Notes under the pieces: generated by a model
Database searches by the model: none
What the model was told of the DNA's origin: nothing
What the model saw: only the letters and a program-made list of their open reading frames with translations
Virus record (IMG/VR): IMGVR_UViG_3300048597_000634
Coordinates: 62,001 to 126,000 of that record
DNA: 64,000 bases
Reading direction: 5' to 3' (one strand)
Position numbers and translations under genes: made by a program
Shown here: in pieces, positions 19,718-29,700 of the stretch
How positions within the stretch are numbered: the stretch's first letter is position 1
How the letters are laid out: each line of letters begins with the position of its first letter

Positions 19718-21931
19718 ATGGGATTATATTATTCTCCTGTTTCTAATATGGGTGTCGACAACAATGGTGTTGTCGACGATTCTGAACGCTTAGGCGGGCA
19801 ACTACCTAGTCATTACTTAACTAAAACTGAGTATGATATCCTTACTGCTAACAGAATTTATTATGTAGACCCAGATAACGGTGATGATTCGAATACTGGG
19901 TTAGATGGTGCTCCGTTCGCTACGTTAGCAAAAGCTATTAGTATATTATCTACTTTAGACGCTAATGGTTTTTTAGTTAGGGTTTATTTCAGCGGCACCC
20001 ATGATATACCTGAGTCTGGCTGGACAATTATGCCCCCTTCTCGTTGTAGGGAGCTAATTATTACGGGGGATGACCGGGATACTACCCTGCTACGATATAC
20101 TGCCGGCTCTGATGAGTATTGTTTTAGGATTCGGAGTAATTCGTCTATCGTCGAGCTCTCTGACTTTTCTATAGTTTACGAAGAGGTAGAAGACCATTCA
20201 TATTGGACGACTCCTATCTACGCTAGTGGTCAAGGTGAGTTAAATATAGAATACGTAAAATTTAATATCCCACTTGCAGGAGAGACTACCTGTATTGAGC
20301 TGAATGGCTCTGTAACTTCTCAAATACAGGATTGCCAAGTAGTAGGCAATTTGGCTAATAACAGCACTGGAGGATACTTCGTAAACTTAGATGACCGCAC
20401 TAGGGCTAATGTCAGGTGGATTCAACTTGAAGAGCCTAACCTTTATAGTGTATTTAGCATTGATGACCAATCTATTTTAACGTTTGATTCAGTCGAAGGC
20501 ACTTTACCTCCTAATACTAGAAGATTTAGTCAGTATGGCGATAGTAGGCTCTTGGGTTCTTTTACTAGTAGCATCAGCGGTGGGCTGCCTGGTTACGTTT
20601 CGTTAAACAACGCTCAGTATGATTATGAGCAGAGAGACAAAGTTAACTGGGATTCCGAGTATACGATTAGAGACTACGATAAGAATACTGTCTTAGTAAG
20701 AACGGAGCCGGGCGACATTGATTATATTATCCCTACCGAAGCCAGCGGTTACTTAGCAGATGGTTTTACTGTAAGAATTCAGCGTGGGTCTACTGGTGAT
20801 GTAACAGTCATCCCGCAGGCTGGCGTAACTATAAATGGTGCGTCAGATAATATTCCTTTGTCCGCTTTAGGCGACTGCTTTACCTTACGTAAGGTTGAGA
20901 ATAATAAGTGGGAAACACTTTACGACCGTCCTACCAGTAAAGTTAAGTGGTCTGACGTTATAGAAGTCGATGGAGCCCTTATTAAAGACCTGTATGAGGA
21001 CGAGCCAGACACTAATGCCTTTACTGATGCTGAAAAGACTAAACTGGCTGATACTGAGGTAACTAGTCAGTTAAACAGTAGAGACACGGCGAATAGAAAT
21101 AGAGCTAATCATACTGGCACTCAGGTTATAAGCACCGTTAGTGGTTTACAGATAGCTCTAGATGGTAAGCAGCCTGTCGGTAACTATGCCACTTTAACAG
21201 ACGGAAAAGTAACCGCTAGTCAATTGCCGCCATTTGTTGGTGAATCTCCCAGTAGCACTGATGCTGTTCCAGAAGGTGCAACTAATCTATACTTCACCAA
21301 CGCACGGGCATTATTAGCTGTTACTTGGTCAACTTTAACGGGGATTCCCGCGTGGATTGGTAGTGCTACATCGTTTGGTCAATCATTAATTACAGCGGCA
21401 AATGCTGGTGCGGTTAAAACGCTGCTATCGTTATCAAAGGCTGATGTAGGACTAAGTAATGTAAATAACACGAGTGACCTGGCTAAGCCAATCTCTACGG
21501 CAACGCAGGCAGCGTTAGATTTAAAGTTAAATATCGCCGACGCAACAACAATCGTAGAAACAATTGCCGTCCACCTATCCGACAACGTTACTCCCGTTGC
21601 TCCTGCCACTGCGGTTGAATATTATTTCCTTGAATACAATCTAGACTTAACTGGTGTTGGTTTTAAGTCACCAATCCAAGCACCTACTGGAAGCAATGCA
21701 ATAGTTAGGGTTCTGTATAACGCTGATGGTAATACGGCTGGTACTTTTACCAATATATTTACCTCGGCTGATTCTCTGACTATCCCCGCTGGCTCTACAA
21801 GTGTGGGGTTGTTAGTCCCCGATACTACGTCTCTTGCAAGCGGTGGGGTACTTCGGTTTGATATTCAGCAGGTTGGTGCAACTAATACTGGTCGAGGCTA
21901 TCGAGTTACTTTACAGGGGACGAGGAGTTAA
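19718..21931 (+). CDS. Tail fibre/tailspike with pectin-lyase-like beta-helix and mosaic shaft motifs
   Basis: YYVDPDNGDDSNTG..APFATLAKAI start of a beta-helix; RNRANHTGTQ, EGATNLYFTNAR and KADVGLSNVNNTSD..KPISTATQAALD fibre motifs. Confidence 0.75.
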   Translation: MGLYYSPVSNMGVDNNGVVDDSERLGGQLPSHYLTKTEYDILTANRIYYVDPDNGDDSNTGLDGAPFATLAKAISILSTLDANGFLVRVYFSGTHDIPESGWTIMPPSRCRELIITGDDRDTTLLRYTAGSDEYCFRIRSNSSIVELSDFSIVYEEVEDHSYWTTPIYASGQGELNIEYVKFNIPLAGETTCIELNGSVTSQIQDCQVVGNLANNSTGGYFVNLDDRTRANVRWIQLEEPNLYSVFSIDDQSILTFDSVEGTLPPNTRRFSQYGDSRLLGSFTSSISGGLPGYVSLNNAQYDYEQRDKVNWDSEYTIRDYDKNTVLVRTEPGDIDYIIPTEASGYLADGFTVRIQRGSTGDVTVIPQAGVTINGASDNIPLSALGDCFTLRKVENNKWETLYDRPTSKVKWSDVIEVDGALIKDLYEDEPDTNAFTDAEKTKLADTEVTSQLNSRDTANRNRANHTGTQVISTVSGLQIALDGKQPVGNYATLTDGKVTASQLPPFVGESPSSTDAVPEGATNLYFTNARALLAVTWSTLTGIPAWIGSATSFGQSLITAANAGAVKTLLSLSKADVGLSNVNNTSDLAKPISTATQAALDLKLNIADATTIVETIAVHLSDNVTPVAPATAVEYYFLEYNLDLTGVGFKSPIQAPTGSNAIVRVLYNADGNTAGTFTNIFTSADSLTIPAGSTSVGLLVPDTTSLASGGVLRFDIQQVGATNTGRGYRVTLQGTRS

Positions 21932-21933
21932 TT

Positions 21934-22965
21934 ATGGCTACTACGATTATTAATAACTTTATCAGCCCCCGCAGTCCGTTTGAAATGGTTATCAAGACTA
22001 ACAATCTATCGACGGGCAGTACGGCGAATAATCAATTCCGTATTCCCCATTACCCTACGGGCACATATAACTACAAGGTGGACTGGGGTGATGGTGTAGT
22101 TGAAGAAGTTAGGGGGAATACTTCGCCAACGCATACCTATCCTAGTGTTGGGACTTACAATGTGAAAATCTGGGGAATATTTGCCGGGATTTATTTTAAT
22201 AATAGTGGAGATAGATTAAAGCTCCTTCAGATAATTAGTGCAGACAGACGAAATAAGCAGACAGCATTTAATCGTTCTTATAGACGGTGCGATAACTTAG
22301 TGGGCGACTTATCCAATTGGGATGTGAGCAATGGTACTGATTTTTCTTATATGTTCAATGCCGCAACCTCATTCAATAGTGACTTATCTAATTGGGATGT
22401 GAGCAATGGTATTGATTTTACTGCTATGTTCTTTAACACAACATCATTCAATGATGACTTATCCAATTGGGATGTGAGCAATGGTACCAATTTTTCTTAT
22501 ATGTTTAATGGCGCAACATCATTCAATGGTGACTTATCCAATTGGGATGCGAGCAATGGTACCAATTTTTCTTATATGTTCTTTAACGCAACATCATTCA
22601 ATGGTGACTTATCCAATTGGGATGCGAGCAATGGTACCAATTTTTCTTATATGTTCAATGGCGCAGCATCATTTAGTAACTTCCCTCCAGGTTTTTTTGA
22701 CAACTGGACTGCCACTCCAGCTCTTTTGTGTTTTCTGGGAACGTGGGATGGTTGTACTTCTTTGACTGCTCAATCAGTAGAAAACATCTTGGTTAGCATC
22801 GACACCAGTGCGCGCAGTGCTCCGGCTGGTGCAACGGGAGTCCAAGCGGACATAACAATTGACTACAACACAGCAACTGGATCGCTATCAACCGCTACTA
22901 ATACCGCAATCACTAACCTTAAAGCAAAGGGTTGGAAACCTAAAATTAATAATGTTTATGTCTAA
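21934..22965 (+). CDS. BspA/DUF285-type leucine-rich-repeat adhesin with N-terminal PKD-like domain
   Basis: VDWGDG...HTY...GTY.V motif; five 25-aa DLSNWDVSNGTNFSYMF..ATSFN repeats. Confidence 0.85.
   Translation: MATTIINNFISPRSPFEMVIKTNNLSTGSTANNQFRIPHYPTGTYNYKVDWGDGVVEEVRGNTSPTHTYPSVGTYNVKIWGIFAGIYFNNSGDRLKLLQIISADRRNKQTAFNRSYRRCDNLVGDLSNWDVSNGTDFSYMFNAATSFNSDLSNWDVSNGIDFTAMFFNTTSFNDDLSNWDVSNGTNFSYMFNGATSFNGDLSNWDASNGTNFSYMFFNATSFNGDLSNWDASNGTNFSYMFNGAASFSNFPPGFFDNWTATPALLCFLGTWDGCTSLTAQSVENILVSIDTSARSAPAGATGVQADITIDYNTATGSLSTATNTAITNLKAKGWKPKINNVYV
22306..22680 (+). repeat. Five near-identical 75-bp tandem repeats (coding)
   Basis: GACTTATC(C/T)AATTGGGATG(T/C)GAGCAATGGT recurs at 22306, 22381, 22456, 22531 and 22606. 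Confidence 0.95.
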
Positions 22966-23455
22966 AATTCTTTACTCTCAATCAACTCAACAAACCTTTG
23001 GTTATCCCCGTAGTGATAACGAGCCTATTGTCGGGCTAGACCCTGATTTTCTGGTGTTAACCCAAGTGGAAACTACACCGCCGGAGATAACAGAAAGCCA
23101 GTCGTTATCTAGTAGTTATGAAGTGGACTTAGATTCACTAGAATATGTGCAACAGTGGACGGTGGTGGATAATCCATTACAACCTGATTGGGATGGGTTT
23201 AATGGTGCAATGCTACAAGATGTTGCATTTAATCAAACAACAGGGGCAGTGATGGGGGTTGCCCCTAGTGTGGCGTTAGCTCTGCCTGCAGCTTTGGCAC
23301 AGGTTTCTACTAACGGAGTCAATGCTTTTGGTTTAGTGTTCAATGCATTCTGTGCGGCAGGGAGTGTGAGTGTTGTACAAAGGAGTGAGTGGGCAAGTAT
23401 TGCTGAAACGTATAGTTTGCCCGCCGACTTCGTAAACATAGTTAGGGGTACATAA
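22958..23455 (+). CDS. Putative tail fibre assembly/chaperone protein
   Basis: ATG 22958 overlaps the adhesin stop. Paralogous to 63185..63715 (LPADFVNIVRGT vs LPAEFVDIIRGV). Confidence 0.55.
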   Translation: MSKILYSQSTQQTFGYPRSDNEPIVGLDPDFLVLTQVETTPPEITESQSLSSSYEVDLDSLEYVQQWTVVDNPLQPDWDGFNGAMLQDVAFNQTTGAVMGVAPSVALALPAALAQVSTNGVNAFGLVFNAFCAAGSVSVVQRSEWASIAETYSLPADFVNIVRGT

Positions 23456-23465
23456 GCTAAAAACA

Positions 23466-24299
23466 ATGGACTATCTCAATCCACTATCTGCCACTCCACA
23501 AATTATTATCGGTAATCCTGCTACTGGGCAAGGTGCTGATGATACAGCGCAGGCATTTCGTAAATATAACGCTCATACCCACCGCACCTACAGCCCTGAT
23601 GACTTTAGGGCCTACCATATATCATTAGGCGACCGGGTTTATGTATATGACGAAGACGACGTCTCAGTATTTGACATAGTAGATGCCCCGGTCATTACTA
23701 CCCTCAATCCTGATTATTTAATCGTCAGTGTTACTTGCACCACCAACCTTAGTAACACCAAGCTCTATGTTGGCGCCCCTAAAAACTCTCCTGACTCACC
23801 GCCGGTAATCATCTGGGGTGTTCAGTTAACTTTAGGCTCTAACGTCATTGAATTTAACCCGGCTATAGACCGCGCGGGCTTCTTAGATTCACGCCAAGTA
23901 GAAGCTCTAAGTTCATTCCAAACTAGTCAACTGTTTTACCTAAACATCGCTGAGTATCCAGAAGAACCTGACCCATTAGACTTGCCGGTTATAGTCATTC
24001 ACACTCCGAAGGTCATAGCTGTGCGGGCACTTAGTGTACAACTACAGTTTAATGGCGCTGGTGAAGGTAATCTTACATTAGCCTCCTACGACCCAGAACT
24101 AGATACGACTAAGATACTAGACAGTCAACCTTTATTAGTTACTAGTCAGTATACTAATAGAGTGTACTTAGACAATCCTTTGGATGTTATCGAACCTGAA
24201 GAGGACTTAAGGTTATTAGTTAACTCCTTGGTGTTGCCAGAGGATGTCTATAGTGTGTATTTGAACGTGACCTTTGAGTTTCAAAGACTGATAACGTAA
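23466..24299 (+). CDS. Structural protein with T4 gp9/gp10-like N-terminal motif
   Basis: QIIIGNPATGQGADDTAQAFRKYN resembles the IG...DG.GD.LR.AF.K.N fibre-connector motif. Confidence 0.4.
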   Translation: MDYLNPLSATPQIIIGNPATGQGADDTAQAFRKYNAHTHRTYSPDDFRAYHISLGDRVYVYDEDDVSVFDIVDAPVITTLNPDYLIVSVTCTTNLSNTKLYVGAPKNSPDSPPVIIWGVQLTLGSNVIEFNPAIDRAGFLDSRQVEALSSFQTSQLFYLNIAEYPEEPDPLDLPVIVIHTPKVIAVRALSVQLQFNGAGEGNLTLASYDPELDTTKILDSQPLLVTSQYTNRVYLDNPLDVIEPEEDLRLLVNSLVLPEDVYSVYLNVTFEFQRLIT

Positions 24300-26077
24300 T
24301 GGCTAGTGTTAAGGGCTTTGATAGTTTAGCGGACAACTTCTTTGGGGACTTCTTAGAAGACCTGAGTCAGGAGTTTTCGGCTAACTATCGGGCTAGTAAC
24401 ATTATTGAGTTTTTAGAGACTGAGGTAGATATAGAGTCTTGGTTGGGCCCGGGCGGTAAGCTTAATGAACGGCAGATAATACTATTGAAAACATATGATG
24501 GCTTACCACTAACTGAGAGTGAAATAGCTTATATTCAAGCTTGGCGCGCGCTAGACCGTACAACCTATGACCTAGAAATGGGTCCTAGAAAAAGACAGTC
24601 ATTTGTACTAGAATCTGGTCGTGGCTCGGGGAAAACTTTTCTCGGAGCTGTTATCATCGGGTATGAATGGTATAGGCTTTGTATGCTTCCTAATCCCCAA
24701 CAATTCTTTGGTGTAGCCAGCTCCACCTTAATAAGTATATACTGCCTGGCACCTGCAGCCAGTCAAGTTAAGAAAACTATCTTTGGACAAGCGCGGGCAT
24801 TCCTTAACTACATCCCTAAAGTCAAAAGACTAATAGACAACAAAGATATAATAATAGGTGAAGAAGAAATTAAATATCACGACAAGCTACTCTACATATA
24901 TGCAGGTAACTCTAAGGGTTCTAGTCAAGTAGGGTCTAGGGTTATTCTACTAGTCATGGATGAAGTGGCCCGTTTTGAGAATAAGGATGGTAAGTCTAAC
25001 GCTTTAGAGTTATGGTCTAACGTAGGTGTATCTGGTATAACCTTTGGGGAACATGCTCGCCGCGTCGCCATTAGTAGTGCCTGGCGAGAAGGAGATGCCA
25101 TACAACGGTTATACACCGCCGCCAAGGCAGAGGACTCTTGGATAGGCTTCAGATTCCGTACTTGGGATGTAAATCCTACAATGGACCGTAATAACTCTAT
25201 TGTGGCTTCTGAGTATGTATTGAATCCGGCGTCAGCCCGCCTTGAATTTGAGGGTGACCGCACTACCTCAGCTTACACCTACTTCAGTGAAAACGAGGTG
25301 TTAGCCGCCACAGTAGGTAGGTCGGTCATTAAGATTGAGCCTATGCAAGCCATGCCGGACAAAATGGTTCGGCTACAGCTATCTAGCATCGAGAAAGATT
25401 ATAGCCACCCTACTTATATGCACTTAGACCCAGCATTCGTTAAAGACGCCTATGCTATGGCATTTGGTCATGGAGAGCGTCGAGATGACCAGGACGTAGT
25501 GGTTATTGATGGATTAGCCGCTTGGGAGCCTGAGGGTGGCTCTGTAGTGAGTATCATTAATGTTTATGACATCATCACTACTATCCACGCTGCTAGACCT
25601 ATTCATAAGCTAACTACAGACCATGCCCAACAACATGAGACCATCCAACGTCTAAGGCTGCTTGGTATCAATGCTAGTAGTCGGTTTTGGAGTAATAGGG
25701 TCCAAGTAGAAATCTATGACTTTACGAGGAAGTTAGTTCACGAAGGGCGGCTGATACTGCCTAAGGATTCCTACTGGACTGCTTTACTGAAGTCGGAGAT
25801 GATGGGCATCATTTATGATACCGAACGAGGCAAGATAAACCACCCCCCAGATGGCACAAAAGACCTAATAGACGCCGTAGCTTCTGTTGCATGGGAGATT
25901 GCCGGCGCGCCCACAGCGGCTAAAGCATTGCCTAGGATGGTAGGTAGACCGTCTGTAATGAAGTCTAAAGTCAGGGATTGGGGGTCTGACTCTCAGCGCC
26001 GCTCTTTAGTAAGACAAGCTAGAACTAAGGGGCACGGCTTTAGTGATGACTTCGACGATGGCGGCTTCGGTTTTTAA
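24299..26077 (+). CDS. terL: Terminase large subunit
   Basis: Walker A GRGSGKT, Walker B LLVMDE, nuclease HLDPAFVKD and KDLIDA motifs. Confidence 0.9.
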   Translation: MASVKGFDSLADNFFGDFLEDLSQEFSANYRASNIIEFLETEVDIESWLGPGGKLNERQIILLKTYDGLPLTESEIAYIQAWRALDRTTYDLEMGPRKRQSFVLESGRGSGKTFLGAVIIGYEWYRLCMLPNPQQFFGVASSTLISIYCLAPAASQVKKTIFGQARAFLNYIPKVKRLIDNKDIIIGEEEIKYHDKLLYIYAGNSKGSSQVGSRVILLVMDEVARFENKDGKSNALELWSNVGVSGITFGEHARRVAISSAWREGDAIQRLYTAAKAEDSWIGFRFRTWDVNPTMDRNNSIVASEYVLNPASARLEFEGDRTTSAYTYFSENEVLAATVGRSVIKIEPMQAMPDKMVRLQLSSIEKDYSHPTYMHLDPAFVKDAYAMAFGHGERRDDQDVVVIDGLAAWEPEGGSVVSIINVYDIITTIHAARPIHKLTTDHAQQHETIQRLRLLGINASSRFWSNRVQVEIYDFTRKLVHEGRLILPKDSYWTALLKSEMMGIIYDTERGKINHPPDGTKDLIDAVASVAWEIAGAPTAAKALPRMVGRPSVMKSKVRDWGSDSQRRSLVRQARTKGHGFSDDFDDGGFGF

Positions 26078-26097
26078 CGGTTCTAAACAGACTAACT

Positions 26098-26727
26098 ATG
26101 TACAACTCCAATCCACCACAATTAATAGATGTATATGGTCGGTCGGTAACTGCCGGGCAATTGAAATATACGCCCATAGTCATCCATTTCCGTCCATCGG
26201 CATTATCCCCTGATGGCTCATTTATCCAGAAGCCCAGTGAGTATTACTTGAAGATACATCCGCCGGCGGTGGTGCATCGAGGGGTGCAGAATATTATTCC
26301 AGAACCTTTTGTCTTAGAAGTGCCGCCGGATGGCTTTATCCGGTTACAGTTAGCGTCTAGTGCCGCCGAGTTGCCCAATGGTCATTACATAGTAGATTAC
26401 CACCGTAAAGGGGCGCGGGCACCGTTATTAGCCCAGCGGTGGCTAATCCCTGAGTTTGACGGTATGGAGTCTAGCCATGATTTTGTTTATACCGGGGCTA
26501 ATCCTTATGAGTTGCCTACTAATGTGTGGTTGGTGAGGTCAGTGGGGTCGAATGGTAATAATGTGTGGAGTTCTAACTATAATGTGTTGACTTGGCCTGG
26601 TGAGACACCGGTGCCTGGGGAGTATGTGCGCGTTGTATTTCAGCCAGCGCTGACTTTAGCAGATATTGTAGATAGCGACGATTTTGGGTTTGAGTCAGCT
26701 AAAGACTTAACTCGACGGCGTGCCTGA
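26098..26727 (+). CDS. Hypothetical protein
   Basis: 209-aa beta-rich ORF between terL and the giant gene. Confidence 0.55.
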   Translation: MYNSNPPQLIDVYGRSVTAGQLKYTPIVIHFRPSALSPDGSFIQKPSEYYLKIHPPAVVHRGVQNIIPEPFVLEVPPDGFIRLQLASSAAELPNGHYIVDYHRKGARAPLLAQRWLIPEFDGMESSHDFVYTGANPYELPTNVWLVRSVGSNGNNVWSSNYNVLTWPGETPVPGEYVRVVFQPALTLADIVDSDDFGFESAKDLTRRRA

Positions 26728-26771
26728 AGCCGACTTAAGTTGAAGATAAGAGTGCTAACCTTGGGGACTAA

Positions 26772-29700
26772 ATGGCCGGGACTTTTGGGTATACCAGCGT
26801 CAATAATGACCACCAACTGAAGTTTAATGTGCCTGATCGGTTTAGTGCTAGTAGAACCGGTCAAGTACGCCCTGAGTCTGGCTCTAACCCCTACGTTGTA
26901 TATAGTGAGACCCACACAGTCTTTAATTTAGAGCAGTCCTTATCTAGATTTAAGCGAGGCACTGTAGAGACGGATAACTTTCTAGTTACTGCGCCCCCCG
27001 ATAGTTTCTTAGGGTGGGCTTTGGGTAAAACAGAAAGTCAAGTGTTGGCTAAACAGGGTGTTACTAGGGTTCAACAGAGTGAGTTCTCTTTTGGGGCTAA
27101 CAAGAGTAAAATACATGTCCCTGCTGAGACTCAGGGCATAGGCAGGCTTAGATCCTTTCTAGAACGAGTCAATCTTAATGGTGAGCCCCCTTTAGTTTCT
27201 GGCGCAGGTGTAGACCCTAACGTCCCTAAAGAGATTGAACAAAAACTAGCTCACTTTAAGATCACTACTGGAGATATAGATGCTGCTGCTCTAGGTCAAT
27301 ATGAAGGTATAACAGATGGTAACAATAGCCCAGTAGAAGCACCGACTAAAGTGGCAGTCCAAACTACTGCCATGTACGGCAACTATCAATTCCATGGCAC
27401 TTGGGGTATTGTTGGTGGCGCCCTATCGTTTAAACGTGATAGCTCAGGCATAACTGACTTAGGGCGTGGGGCCTACACTCAAGGCTATATGGACACTTCT
27501 ATCCACATAGAAGACCCTAGATATTTACGAATGGTCGATGACTGGAGTAAGGATAAATACGCCACTAGAGGAGTATTTAGAAGTGAAGACTATTCAAAAG
27601 AAGGTCAAGAGAAGTTAGAAGGCGTAAAGCTACTTCGTAACGTATCTATACATGAGGAAGCTATACGAGAAACAGCCGCTTATATTGAGGCGTTAAGTCC
27701 TCGCTCAGCCACTGCAGAACGGTTATCTGAAGGTAAGCAGATAACCAACAAAGATTTAGAGAATATCCGTAAAGAGTATGCAGAAGACTTAGAGGTTATT
27801 CAGTCTGATATGCAGGCGGCTGGCGCCATGTATTACATGAGTGGTCCGGCTATGGGTTACAACGAGACTAACTTGTCTGATAACACTGTAGCTGGCATAC
27901 GACGTCAACAAGTAAAGCAAACCCTAGACCAAATAGAGACTCTAAAGCAGCTGGGTATTAAGCCGGTCATTCATACAGATATTAACCGGATGGATATAGA
28001 TACTGGGTCTAAGCGCCGTCTGTTAGAAGAAGCCTATGTGGTTCAAACTCATACCTTTTTTGGGATGAGTCAACAGCAGGCCCACCACAACGTATCAGGG
28101 TTAGTAATCCCTAACCTGGACATAGACTCTCAGGCTGGTAGTAGGCTCAAAGAAGCAGGTTTAGCGTCGGAAAGCGGTCTGGCAGGATTTATAAGTTTGG
28201 GTACCGCCCGTTTGATTGGCTCCTTTGCCTATGAGATGGGTATCCAAGTAGATCTTGACGCTGCGCCAGACTCCTATGTTGACGCTATTATGGGGTCTAT
28301 TGGTCGGACATTAAACGTGGGGGCAGTATATCGTCAGCGTAAAGACGCTGCTTACCAAGGTCCCAGCGGCGCTGACTTATCATCTTTTTATAAACCCACG
28401 TATAGAGACGTAAGGAGCGGCAACTTCCAGGAGATTGGGTTACTACCAGTCATGCCTAATGAGATGCCCGACGATTTCTTTGAATACTACGGCGGGCTAT
28501 CCACCCGTATCTACTCCGATAGATACCAAGCTTTATACGGCACTAAAGCCACAGGAATGCAAGGTCACGTCTTAGAACGATTAGACGCCAAGCTAAGCGC
28601 GCCCGGCTTTGGTATGGGGCTCAACCAACTATTCCGACAAGACGATTTATACACCCCAGGACAGGGTTTAGCCGGCTTCCTAGCTACTAGTATTGGTAGG
28701 GTATTCGATACTGTTAGCGGGCATTATACGATGCAACGCATTAAGAAACAGCACGACGGGGATTTGTCCGGCTCTTTAGGGGAATACCAACAGAAGATTA
28801 TTGAGCAGGAACACTTCAGGGCTATAGAGCAGCGGGGCTTCTTTGAGAACTTATTCAATACCTTGACGACTACTATTGCCGATACGTCGCTGTCTATGGC
28901 TAGTTACTTTGGGGTTACTCACGCCTATAGTATTGCCAAAGCACAAATCGAAGACGCCGGTTCCAAACATATCCTTGATGTCGTTACTGGAGCAGTGGGC
29001 GAAGGTAAGGCACATACTAGTATCTTGATGTTAACTGGGGGGCACTCCAAGTTGTTTGAGGAGGCTAATCAGTTACATGAGTTGATGGACAAAGTCGGAG
29101 GCTTCGATAGCATTAAGTCTGCTTCATCACTTGGTGATTATCTGTTAGCCGTACAAGACTTCACTTCTGGGCAAGATGTAACTATAGCTGAGGGCGCTAC
29201 TGATAGCGTTTTTGGGTGGTATAAGAAAAAGAAAGATGTTGAAGGATTTATGCGGACTCCTACAGGCCCAGGCGCTGCACCAGTGTCAGCTTTAGGAGAG
29301 CAACAGCTGTTCGACTTTCTAGACGATATTTATAATGTAAAGCCCGGCTTGGACGATGACTTAGCCAGTCTAGTTAAAAAGAAATTAGGGCAGGCTAATA
29401 CAAATAGTATTGACCCAGCTGCCTTAAGGAAAGCTTACGCTAAAGCATTAGAGGAGATGGGTATAACTATAAACTTGCCTACTTCAGGTAACGCTCATGT
29501 AAGCGGCAGCGTTGAGTTAGCTAGGTCACTGGATAATGCTAATTCTGGTGCGATTCACATGCCAGATGCCGTTGGCTTTAGGAACATTAGGGCGGTACGC
29601 CGGCTAGACTCAGCCAATCTAACTAATATGTTCCTGCCGTTCTTAGATAACGCGGTAGACCTATCAACAGAGGCTAGTAAGGAAGGATATCTAAAGGCTC

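Noticed and set aside
22306-22680. CRISPR array or DGR template/variable repeats
   Set aside because: The repeats are in-frame coding units without unique spacers. No reverse transcriptase or cas operon is in the window; the Cas4-like gene is a stand-alone phage nuclease.
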